NCBI GenBank assembly: GCA_946965045.2
Contig: OX337231.1
Coordinates: 2,046,001 to 2,110,000, forward strand
DNA from: Epithemia pelagica
Taxonomy: Eukaryota; Protista; Bacillariophyta
Direction: 5' to 3'
Length of the DNA: 64,000 nt
This document shows, piece by piece, positions 10,876-20,374 of this stretch; within the stretch, counting starts at the first letter, position 1; every line of letters begins with the position of its first letter. The notes beneath the pieces are model-generated. The model saw nothing but the letters and a program-made list of their open reading frames with translations, searched no databases and was not told where the DNA came from. Made by a program: the position numbers and the translations under genes.

Positions 10876-10994
10876 GGTGGTAGCAGCCTCCTCGTTGCAA
10901 TTGTACCTATGAAGACCTATAGCGAGTCAAGTACTATTCTCTCCTTAGTTTTTTTTGTAGGAGTACTATTTTACGGTCTATAACAAATGGACTC

Positions 10995-13900
10995 CTAAGC
11001 GGTGGGTATGCAAAGGAGGGGTGTTTCGTCCGTAACACTGAGGAACTGTGCCAGAGGTGCGGGGGAGTAGATGGGAGTGACCGGAGCAAAACATGGTGTA
11101 GCCAGATTTTGCAACTGAGTGGTTCTCGTTTTTCGTGTTGTTTGGTGTTGTCGTATTGCGGCGATGTTGGTATTGGCATGAGTTGCCAGTGCCGAAACGA
11201 TTGCATGGCCAAGGGAGGCTTTTGCATAGTGCCCGATTGAGTAGATATGGGCTTCTGGGTAAGAGAATTTTTTTGTTTTGCTGTTGGCGGCGGTAAAGAG
11301 GTTGCTTGGTGCGTCTGACGCTTCTTGAAAGAGTCTGTATGCCGCAGGATGTGCTTTGCTTCGTTTTTCGTCTTTGCCGAAGAAGGCGTTGGTCCAAGGT
11401 GGTGGTTGTGTCGTTGAGAACAAATGTGGTTGAGAAATTGATGGAAAAAGGAGACGGTCGGCGAATGAACCAAGCGCTCCAAGATGGTCTACCGTAAAAG
11501 GTAGAAGGTATATGCCGTTGTGGAGAAGGTGTTTTGATGTCTCGGGGTCTCGGCAAAACTTGGCCCTTGCCGCTTCTTGATGCGTCCTAGATGCCAAAGT
11601 GGCGAGTGTGTTGTGGTCGGACGGGTCAAGAATGGTTTGGGGTTGCTGGGGAGGTGGGATAGTAATGTCAATCGCGACGTATTGAAACGGTGAGTTTTTG
11701 TGCGGCTTGGACAGGAGCATACCGACGTCTGCTGGTCTAATGTTTCTTTGGTGTTGTGGTGTCAAACCTGGGGGTTCGATGTGGACATCATGGGGAGTGT
11801 CGACGGCTTCGGCTGCTGGAGCGACTTGGCGGAGAATGTCGTAGAGTGTGTCTCTGATGGCATTTGAAAGAGGTGTTTTGGAAGCAGAGGTGCAGGAGTA
11901 CAGATGGTCACCCATTGGGTCGATCTCTTTTGTGGCTGAGCAGCGACATCGTTGGGGCCAGGATTGTGTGGGGTCTCGGACGAACAAAGGCAATCTTAAT
12001 TTCCGTTTGATGGCGGTTCGGAAGACACTGTTTGGGAAACGGAATTTGGTTGCGGTGAGGGGAAGAGAGAGAGCCATACTCGTTAGGGGCGAAAGTAAGC
12101 CGGGCAAAAAGATTCGCTGCTTTGGGTCGGTCTCTGTGAATAGTTTTGGGATTGTGTGTTCTTGCACAGTGTGGTTCAAAAGGCGATTGTGTGTTGTGTG
12201 ATCATACCTCGTTGGTACGTATAAGCTCTCTTCTGCGTATTCGTTTGCGAAAAGTGACAGAGTCTTACGGAAGGTTGTCATGTATTCGTTGGTACTTTCT
12301 TTCCAGTTCGACAGTTCTCGTTGGTGAACGAGTGGGATTGGAGTGTCGGTTGATGTTGCCAGAGCTATCGCCCGGGCTGTTTGTGTCAGCAGACGAGGAT
12401 AGGCCGCCACCGCTGCCTGTTGGTATCCGAGTCCCCCTAGTCGTTGAGGGATCGTGGCGATGAGTGCTGAGGTCGTGGAGATTTCATTTTCCGGTAGGGA
12501 GGTGAGTTTTGCCAGGAAATTTGTGATCAGTTGTTCTGTCTGTGTTGTTGTTGGACTGGACCAGAGGGTCGTTCTTGGGTTGGTCTGCTTGTATGCTAGG
12601 TTGACATCGGTCGGTAGCAGGTGCAGGATTGCGGAGACCAGCGTAAATTTACAGAGATTGTGCTGTGTTTGGAGGTCGTCGAGTTGGAGAATGCAGTTCA
12701 TTTTGTGTTGCATGCCTTGTAATTTGTTGTTGATGTATTGTCGTGCAAAGGCAGTGGATCCGATTGGTTGACCGAGGAATCTCACACCGCTTGTTATTTC
12801 TGCTTTTGAGGGGTCATCGGGCGACAGAAACGATAGTGCTTGATTGAGGCAGTGTGTTTGGTTGTCGTTCAGGTTGGACGGGGAGTGTCCGTTGGTGGAG
12901 GTGAGGATGGTCGTTTTTGATTTGTTTAAAACAATTCCTAAGGGATTGCCAAGCTCTTCGAAGCGTTGAAGAAACCATGGTATGTCACAGTGTGGCAGGC
13001 ATACCGATGTATCATCCATGATGGATGCGGTGTGGCCGATGCCGCCCATTCCGTCGTCGTTGGGGTCGTTGTTGCGCAGTCTGAGTTGTGCTCTTTTTGC
13101 TTGTTCGTTGTTGAGTTTGTTCGTCAGCGCCAGTAATACCAGGCATGAGAAGAGAGGGCTGAGTGGGCAGCCTTGTGGAAACCCTTCAGTTTGTGTGAGG
13201 TAGTTGGCCGCTTTGTTGTCATCAAAGTACCATTGGTTACAGGTATGTTTGGTTAGTAGGTCGAAAAGGGGGACCAATTGTGTTGTCGCTTCGTTCTCTA
13301 ACAAAATCTTTCTTGCTTCGGTTCGGCTGACATTGTTGAACATGTTTGCCAGGTCTAGCATGACGAGAGCCCGGCTTGGAGATGTTGTTGGCTGGTTGTT
13401 TTCGGTTGTGTTGTTTTCTGTTGTGTTGTTTTCCAGATCGTTTTCCAGATCATGAGTCTTGTAAATGTATTGTTTAACCGCCATTGCGGTTGTTTGGGCC
13501 ACAAAATCAACCCCCCCGGGGACTTGTATCCCGTATTGGCCTCCTTTCAAGAGGAGGGGGCGAATGTCGTCGGTGAGATGCACCAGAGCGGCTTTGGCCG
13601 CTACTCTTCGTATGGCTGTGCCGATGCCGATCGGTCGCAGTCTTTCCAGGTTTGCCATGTCCTTGTGTAAGGCAAGGAAATAATTGCTTGCGAGGATTTG
13701 TTGTACAGAGGTTGGTATTTGTCCTGTCACCACAAGTTGGATCAGGGCTTTTATGTTGTGAAAGTATGGCCGTGTTGCGTCGGGTGCGCTAGTTGTTTTG
13801 TATGTTGCCATAGACACGAGGATGTCTGTGCACGTGGCGAACGGTCCTGAGGCCGTGCCTGGTTTCATTTGTCGGAGTGCTGACTCAAACTGTTTATCTT

Positions 13901-14906
13901 GTAGTTTCAGGTATTGTGCTGCCGGTGGAGGCATATTTGTGTGACCGTGAGCTCTTGTCGCCGGCGGTGGCTGTCGTCTTTCAGGGAAGAGTTGTTTTTG
14001 GCATCTGTCGATTCGTGCCGTTGTCAAGGTTGCAGGTGGTGTGTTGGTTGTGAGTCTTTTCACTGCTGCTCGGTAGTTGCCTAAGTCTGCCAGTTGTTGC
14101 GCGGAGGCTAGCCGCCATGAAGGCAATGGGTCAGTCGGCTGATGTTGTTGTTTGTTTTTTTGGTTTTGCCGCTTTTTTTTGTTGTTTGTTGTTCTTGTGT
14201 TTGGCAAAGGTGTTGGGTTCCATATCATGTTATGGAGTTCCTCAATCCTGCCTGCTTTCAGCAGCGAAAGTCTTGCTCTGAACGCGTTCGAATGGGTGAG
14301 GTGCACTGTGCCCTGTATAGGTGCAAGGAGCAACGGCTCTAGGAGGATGAGCAGTTTCCAGAATGGGGTGGCGTCGACGTCATAGGCGGGTGGCCGTTCG
14401 TCTTTCAGAATGGTTGGCGCAAGCGGCGATGTGGCTTCAAGTGTCCAATTGGTCACGTTGTTGTAGGTGGCATAAAATTCAGCCCTGAGCGGTGGCTTAA
14501 GCTTGTGCCAGAGGCTCCGACGGAAGGGCGGTGGGGATATTTGTAGTTTGTGGATATAAGCTAGGCTGTTTTTCCAGTTTGCCGTTGTTTCTGGTGTAGA
14601 ATGTCGGTAGGTTTGTAGGACTAAGTCGATGTTCGTCTTTGACCTACTATGTTTTTTTGTTACGTGTTTTCTAAGGTGGCCTTCGGTGGCGAAGATGGCA
14701 GTGGGAGTGTCGCATGTCGGACATGGATGGAGGCCGTATTGGGTGCATAGGGTTGGGGTGAGGTAATCCGATGGATGGGTTTCATTGTGTTCGGTGATGA
14801 GGTGTTGTTTGAGTGATGCTTGGGGGTTGGTTGTCAATGGGGGCACTTTCCACGGGCAATCTGGCACGGGACAGTGTTTGGGTGGTTTTGTGGTTGGATT
14901 ACTCAT
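10995..14906 (-). CDS. CRE-like ORF2: C2H2 zinc fingers + reverse transcriptase + CCHC + RLE endonuclease (frame open from 15029; probable start 14906)
   Basis: CPVPDC..HLITEH and CPTC..HLRKHVTKKH fingers; LRPIGIG, LDLANMFNNVSR, GFPQGCPLSP, SIMDD; RLGGLG; CRC..GDHLYSC; NAIRDTL..RPADV..AIDITI. Confidence 0.9.
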   Translation of the reverse strand: MSNPTTKPPKHCPVPDCPWKVPPLTTNPQASLKQHLITEHNETHPSDYLTPTLCTQYGLHPCPTCDTPTAIFATEGHLRKHVTKKHSRSKTNIDLVLQTYRHSTPETTANWKNSLAYIHKLQISPPPFRRSLWHKLKPPLRAEFYATYNNVTNWTLEATSPLAPTILKDERPPAYDVDATPFWKLLILLEPLLLAPIQGTVHLTHSNAFRARLSLLKAGRIEELHNMIWNPTPLPNTRTTNNKKKRQNQKNKQQHQPTDPLPSWRLASAQQLADLGNYRAAVKRLTTNTPPATLTTARIDRCQKQLFPERRQPPPATRAHGHTNMPPPAAQYLKLQDKQFESALRQMKPGTASGPFATCTDILVSMATYKTTSAPDATRPYFHNIKALIQLVVTGQIPTSVQQILASNYFLALHKDMANLERLRPIGIGTAIRRVAAKAALVHLTDDIRPLLLKGGQYGIQVPGGVDFVAQTTAMAVKQYIYKTHDLENDLENNTTENNTTENNQPTTSPSRALVMLDLANMFNNVSRTEARKILLENEATTQLVPLFDLLTKHTCNQWYFDDNKAANYLTQTEGFPQGCPLSPLFSCLVLLALTNKLNNEQAKRAQLRLRNNDPNDDGMGGIGHTASIMDDTSVCLPHCDIPWFLQRFEELGNPLGIVLNKSKTTILTSTNGHSPSNLNDNQTHCLNQALSFLSPDDPSKAEITSGVRFLGQPIGSTAFARQYINNKLQGMQHKMNCILQLDDLQTQHNLCKFTLVSAILHLLPTDVNLAYKQTNPRTTLWSSPTTTQTEQLITNFLAKLTSLPENEISTTSALIATIPQRLGGLGYQQAAVAAYPRLLTQTARAIALATSTDTPIPLVHQRELSNWKESTNEYMTTFRKTLSLFANEYAEESLYVPTRYDHTTHNRLLNHTVQEHTIPKLFTETDPKQRIFLPGLLSPLTSMALSLPLTATKFRFPNSVFRTAIKRKLRLPLFVRDPTQSWPQRCRCSATKEIDPMGDHLYSCTSASKTPLSNAIRDTLYDILRQVAPAAEAVDTPHDVHIEPPGLTPQHQRNIRPADVGMLLSKPHKNSPFQYVAIDITIPPPQQPQTILDPSDHNTLATLASRTHQEAARAKFCRDPETSKHLLHNGIYLLPFTVDHLGALGSFADRLLFPSISQPHLFSTTQPPPWTNAFFGKDEKRSKAHPAAYRLFQEASDAPSNLFTAANSKTKKFSYPEAHIYSIGHYAKASLGHAIVSALATHANTNIAAIRQHQTTRKTRTTQLQNLATPCFAPVTPIYSPAPLAQFLSVTDETPLLCIPTA

Positions 14907-17900
14907 GTGGCCCTTTGGCCCTATCTTCATGCGGGACCACATGGCCGGTGCGCGAGTCGGCGATGTTGGGGTTGTCAGACTGTACCAAAGTCTGCGCAAA
15001 CCTCCAAGCATCTTGCGCGTCTGTGTCATTCGTAAATGACTTTGTTCTTTCTAAAAATTGTCGCATTTCTTCGATGCGGGAAGGGTTGTTGTGTGCAACG
15101 TACTTGAAAATGAGTTCGATTTCTTGCATGGTCGTTGCAGAGAATTCGTTGTCGCCCTCTCCTGGGTCGAGGTTGTCGTCGCTACCAATGAGTGCCCGCG
15201 AGTGGTCGTCTGATTCTTCAGTGTCCATCAGGTCGTCGTTGTTTTGTTCGTCTTCGGTGTGTTCCGCTAGTGCGGCGAATTGGTTCCGTTTGGCCGGAGG
15301 TTTCGAGTCGTCGTTTTGGGAAGTTCGGTCCGCGAAGTGGTTTTGGTTTGTTTGGGCTGCCACTGGTGTCCAATCGGTTCCGTCGTCGTAGGGGTCGCTT
15401 GCTTCTTCGTCGGTTGGTTGCATAGCGGAGGCGCTACGTTTGTTGGTCGGTGGGCTATTGGGATTCTTTGGTTTGGTTGTTGGTGTTGTGAGAACGTCGG
15501 CGTCGGTCTCATCCGTGTTGTCTTCCAAGTTGTTGTGTTTTTGGCGTAGCAGCCGGTTCGTGAAGGCCAGGAGTTTGTTTGTGTGACTTGATGAGGAAGG
15601 AGTTGTCGGGTCTTGGTTGGTGATTTGTTGTCTCGGAGGTGTCGCTGCTACTGCTGCCAGGGTGGGGAGCAAGATGTTTTCCGGGAAGTCGGGGTGTTGT
15701 CTAATCGTGTTGGTGGTGAGCAAATGAGTATCAGGCGTCTTCCGCAAATATAGCGTGTAATACTGCGTGTCTGGGTCCTCATTGTTGAATTCAGGAAAGA
15801 CGGCCACGAATTCACGTAGGTGTCGTAGTCGCTTCCAGTCGCCGTCGGTAGCTTCTGGGTTTATCGGTTTCAGTTTGATCCGAACGCAGGCCCCGAAAAA
15901 TTGATCGATATCCTTCAGTGCTTCCAATGTTGCCGTCCGATTGGCTTGGCTTGTTGGCATAGGGATGATTTGGATGTTGTTGTGGTTCCACTTGATTTCG
16001 GTGTTTCGATTTGCTGCCTGATAGGCGTTGTAGCTTCGAAGCAGGGCGTCGAAGTTGTTTCGCGACGAAGCCGTGATGTAAATGGCCGGGACTTGGCCCC
16101 GTTGTTTGTTTTTCAGTTCCCCGCTGAACGTTCCTGTGCGGCATCCCACGTGGTTGAAGAAATCCAGATAGTTCAGTTTGCGCGGTAGATGGGGGGTTAG
16201 GGTGTTCTGGATGTCGCCAGTCAGATCCAGGGCCGCCCGTCAATGTTTGATTGTTTGAGCTGGCACACCGACGACAATGCCGAAGGTGTCGCTCGTCCTG
16301 TTGTTGCATGCAGGTTGGTACACGTTGATTTGGTCCCAACGGGGGTTAATCGTAGGATTGGATTGTTTGGTGCCTGGCCGGAGAACGGTTTGTGAGTCGA
16401 ACTCGTCGTACACAAAATCGTCGTTGTGGTGTTTGTGCCACATTTGGAGAACAAAACGTAGGCCTTGCTCGGTAAAAATCTCGGTGTCAAAGACGTCGTT
16501 TGCTGGAGCCGGGGAAAGGGTGACATGGAAGGTGGAGGTGTGTCCGCTTCCTTTGGTGGATCTCGTCTGGTTGTCCGACCTGAATTGGCGTGATCCAGAT
16601 TGCTTGGTCTCGAGAAAGTCCACGGAGTGGACCTGGAGCCACATGGGCTCTTCCCGTTTGCTATGATGGAAAAAGACTTCGTTGAGATGCGTCTTTATGG
16701 CTTGTTCCGTAAGTCTAGGAAGGGTAGACTCAATTTGGGGGTTTTGGTGGTGGTTCACCGCCACATGGAGGTGAATCAGCGTCTTTGGTTCCGACGACGG
16801 GGGACGTTTTGTTCCGGTTTTGGGTTGGAGGTATGGATTCTTGGCTGTTGGAGTGCCTGCTTCGCTGTTGGATCCTGGTTCGTTGTTGACGGTGGTGGTG
16901 GTATCGTCGTGGTTGGTTTTGTTCTTTGTTGTTGGCTGAGTCTCCTCTTCCGTGTGTCCGTACGTGTTTTGTTTGTTTCCGTCTTGGTTGTTGTTGGTGT
17001 TAGTTTTCTCCGTGGTTTTGTCGTTGTTGTTGTTGGTGTTGTTTTTGGTGTTTTTCTCGTTGGTGTCGTGGGTGGTGACTGTTGTTTTCTCGGTGTGGAT
17101 GTCGGTGGTGGGTTCTTCGGTGGTTTTTTTGTTTGTTTTTTTGTTTTCTTTGTTGATGTTGTGGCGGTCGGGGGTGACGGCGGTGGTGCTGTGCTGTTTG
17201 GTGTCTACGAGGGGGAGCGGACTGAGGGCGGTCAAGTTGCTTTTGGAGCGGGTCTGGCGGCGGCCGGAGGAGGGCTTCGAATGGACTTGCATCTTCGGGT
17301 GTTGGTGGTAGTTTGGCTGGTCGGTTGGTGCTTCGGCTGAGAGCTTGGGGTGAAAAACTCGGTTTTCACTGGTTTTGTGGCCGAGTCCTTTTGGTTGGTT
17401 TGTTGGCCGGGTCATTTGTAACTGAGCAATGACTCGTTGAAGGGCTTGATCTAGTTGACCGGTCATTCTTGTCGGTGGTGGGCAGATGGGTGGGCAGATG
17501 GAGGGCTTGGTGTTTGGTGTCTTGCTGGCCATGTCGTCGATTTGTTTGGCGGTGGCCCTGGTTGTTGTTTCTTGGTTCGTCGTTGGTGGCGGGTGTGTGC
17601 CTGAGCGGGGGAGTGAAACGTTGACGGTGGAGTTGTCGACGTGCATTTGTTCTTTAATGTTGGTTTCGTGTCGATGGCCTGTTGTTGTTGATCGGCTGTC
17701 TGGTAGGGTCATTTGTGGGCTTGTCTTGGTCATTCTCTTGTTTGGTTTGCTGCATCGGTGGCTGCGTGGGGGATTGGGGCCCTTACTCCGTAGCACGTTC
17801 GGCGAGTCGGGGTATCCGTTGGGTTCTGTGTTTTTGGCTTTTTTTGGGCTCTGGGGTTTACCATGGTGACGGGTTGAAAGGGGTGAGGGCTGCCGTTGTT

Positions 17901-18090
17901 TGCTTTGTTTGTTTTTTCGAAGACCATGGAGAGATTCCATGGTCCATGTTGTGGCCGCCGTGCGTTGTATGTGTTTCCAACCGATGGGCGGGGGTGGATC
18001 GGCGTTCGGTTGGCAGTTGGGTCGTGGTTTGGCCATGGGAATCATGTTCTCAGCCGGAATGGCCCATGGCGGGTCCGCGTCGCGCCCCAT
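14899..18090 (-). CDS. CRE-like ORF1 (~1060 codons) interrupted by one in-frame TGA at 16240-16242
   Basis: Track ORFs 16240..18090 and 14899..16149 are in the same frame. The 30 codons between them (RAALDLTGDIQNTLTPHLPRKLNYLDFFNH) are open. The N-half is low complexity (T/N/K-rich). Confidence 0.7.
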
Positions 18091-18197
18091 CGGCAGCGTG
18101 CCCTTGTCTGGCGGATACAGTTTGTTTTAAGGGATCGACTTGCGGCTCGCTTCGTTGGTATCGTCCCTGATGTTGTTCACTGGAAAGTGATTCGTCT

Positions 18198-20300
18198 GTT
18201 TTGCTTTTTATTAAGCAAAAATTAGACACTCTAAACGGCCACCCTGCTGTTCTGCTCCGCTACTACTCCCCAGTGGGGGTGGCTTTGAGGGTGTGATTTC
18301 GATTTCGATGAAACACCCCCGCTGGGGACTAGTACGCTGCTGGGAGAAAAGTGCCTTATCCCCAGCGCGGGCGAGTATTTTACGGCAAATTGATAATTCC
18401 TCCACGAAATTTCCACCTCCGCTGGGACGTAATACGTGTCTGTGCCTTTTCTTTTTAACTTTCACAGAAAAATTGGAACAGGCGAACAGCGACCATGAAT
18501 TCCAACGAGGTCGAAGGTTCAATCATTAGAAGCATAGAAGGGAAACAAGTCATTGATATAAATAAATTTGATGCGGAACATTCGCTGGATGACCTGGCAA
18601 GAGTCCTGTCGGAACACGAGTCCCTGGACAAGTTGTGCATCATGGGGGATGAATTGGACAGGAGACCCATCAGCCACGCCGAGATTGGTCGTTTGATGGA
18701 GGCCATTGAAGGACATTCAAACTTTACGAAGATGTCCCTCCCGCGTTGTTGGGCCTCAACCGAAACGGACACGAGAATGATCCGGCATTTCTCAGCTAGC
18801 CCCAAATTGGTGCTCCTGAACCTACAACTAGGGTTTATTTTGTCGAGATCCGGCATGCCCTCTCCTGGCATCCGTTTGGATTTGTATGACAATGTCAACA
18901 TTCGGTTGGAGGTGTACCAAGAACTTGCAAAAATGCCCAATCTCATTTCCTTAAAAATACCCACTCCTCCCATGTCCTCAGAGGGACACCGTAATACCCT
19001 TCGCACATTGATCAATTTGACGAACGACCCACTGTGCAATATTTCGCAAATGTCCTTTGCCACGAAACTGAGCCACCAAGATCTTAAAAATGTGAGCAAC
19101 TACGCAAAGTTGACGGAACTATCCATGGCATATGTCAATGCTGATCAATTACGTTTCTTGTTCCCCTTGAGTCAGCTGGAGAAAGTAACATTTCATTGTA
19201 TCACTTCAACGGGTATTGTTCCCAGGGATCAGACATCCCACATCTTGAATGGATTGGCAGAGTTTTTGATTGCACAACCAAAGTTAAAACTCTTACGGCT
19301 CGCGGAATATGTCGTTACTTCTTACGAGGACCCATTTGCACTGCACGAGTCTACCAAGTCCGCAATCCCTCACCTCACCCAAGCGGTGAAAACCCATGAA
19401 TCCTTGCATTCGCTGAAGTTGCATCCCCCATTTGAATTTGGAAAGCAAGTGTCGCATGCAATTTATTTGGCATTGTCAGCGGCATTGCCTCACAATAGCA
19501 GGGTCAAGAAACTGGACCTTAGTCTTTGTCCCTGGGATTTGAAGGCGCGGCCTGATCTGTTACCAGCAGGCGTACACCTCCAGGAGTTGTTGCTTGATCT
19601 GAATCGCATGGACATGGACCAGGTGAAAGATATCGCATCATGGGTGGACAAAAATATGAGTATAATCAGAATTACGCGCAATGATTTAGAGTGGTCTCTT
19701 TTGCACCGTCCTCCTCGTACGCGCCGCTATCCTCGTCCTTTGACTGAAGCTTTGACTAAAGAGTACAATCAAATTCGCAAGGTCCTGACCCGAAACAAGC
19801 TTGCGCAACATGTCAACAATGCAACTTATGCACATCCGGCCATCTCCATCACTGTTTGGCCACAGTTGTTGGCCAAACTTGGATCGAATGGACACGAGGG
19901 CACTCCTGTCTTTGTGTTCCTCCGAAACAACACGACGCCCATCGGGACATTCAGGGGGCCGAATTTGAGAAGAGATTCCACTGGCAGATTTAAGTAACGT
20001 GCCAAGAACATCGCTTCCCATTTATGAGACAGCGTGTACAAGAAGCCAACAAGGACAACAAGACGTCCAAACTTGACAAAGAGGAGAACAACGTCGTACG
20101 GATGAAGGTTTTGTTTGAATTGTGAATTCCGACCACTCCTTGACGATTACCAGACAGAAGGCTTCAGGACTGTGCTCAAACAGATAACAGTTCTATATTA
20201 TTTGTTGTTCTAGGCCAACTTACTCCTACCATGTGTTCATCCATCAATGCTTTCCTACTCCCATGTGCTCCTAGGAGTACCTAGCTGTAGCTATGACACA
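18198..20300. repeat. Tandem module copy 3 (partial: promoter + LRR gene + 3' flank)
   Basis: Resumes with GTTTTGCTTTTTATTAAGCAAAAA. It matches copies 1/2 to ~20253, with a last 17-bp match at 20284-20300, then unique sequence. Confidence 0.9.
18495..19997 (+). CDS. RNI-like LRR protein, copy 3 (500 aa, diverged)
   Basis: Same length as copies 1/2, with about 20 amino-acid differences confined to roughly residues 77-345. Confidence 0.8.
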   Translation: MNSNEVEGSIIRSIEGKQVIDINKFDAEHSLDDLARVLSEHESLDKLCIMGDELDRRPISHAEIGRLMEAIEGHSNFTKMSLPRCWASTETDTRMIRHFSASPKLVLLNLQLGFILSRSGMPSPGIRLDLYDNVNIRLEVYQELAKMPNLISLKIPTPPMSSEGHRNTLRTLINLTNDPLCNISQMSFATKLSHQDLKNVSNYAKLTELSMAYVNADQLRFLFPLSQLEKVTFHCITSTGIVPRDQTSHILNGLAEFLIAQPKLKLLRLAEYVVTSYEDPFALHESTKSAIPHLTQAVKTHESLHSLKLHPPFEFGKQVSHAIYLALSAALPHNSRVKKLDLSLCPWDLKARPDLLPAGVHLQELLLDLNRMDMDQVKDIASWVDKNMSIIRITRNDLEWSLLHRPPRTRRYPRPLTEALTKEYNQIRKVLTRNKLAQHVNNATYAHPAISITVWPQLLAKLGSNGHEGTPVFVFLRNNTTPIGTFRGPNLRRDSTGRFK

Positions 20301-20374
20301 TAGCATGGCCTACTACCTGTACACGTGGAACTTTTTGCATACGTGTTTCTTTCCCCCAAAACTCTCGAGAGACC

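Larger units (their letters stand above)
6009..10946. repeat. Tandem module copy 2
   Basis: Colinear with 1011-6008. It has a 9-bp deletion at the start (AGTT-ATTAAGC) and a 54-bp in-frame deletion in the kinase linker. Confidence 0.95.
10953..18197 (-). mobile_element. Full-length CRE-like non-LTR retrotransposon (RT + restriction-like endonuclease), ~7.2 kb
   Basis: Short A-tail (T-run 10949-10956 on +), probable TSD GTTTT (10948-10952 / 18198-18202), ORF1 and ORF2 as below. It interrupts the tandem module at its junction. Confidence 0.88.

Noticed and set aside
1011-10946. Module as a Helitron or other autonomous element
   Set aside because: No 5'-TC/CTRR-3' ends with hairpin, no TIRs or TSD, and no Rep/helicase or transposase inside the unit.
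16600-17340. 246-aa Val/Phe-rich hydrophobic ORF
   Set aside because: Antisense of the T/N/K-rich low-complexity part of CRE ORF1.
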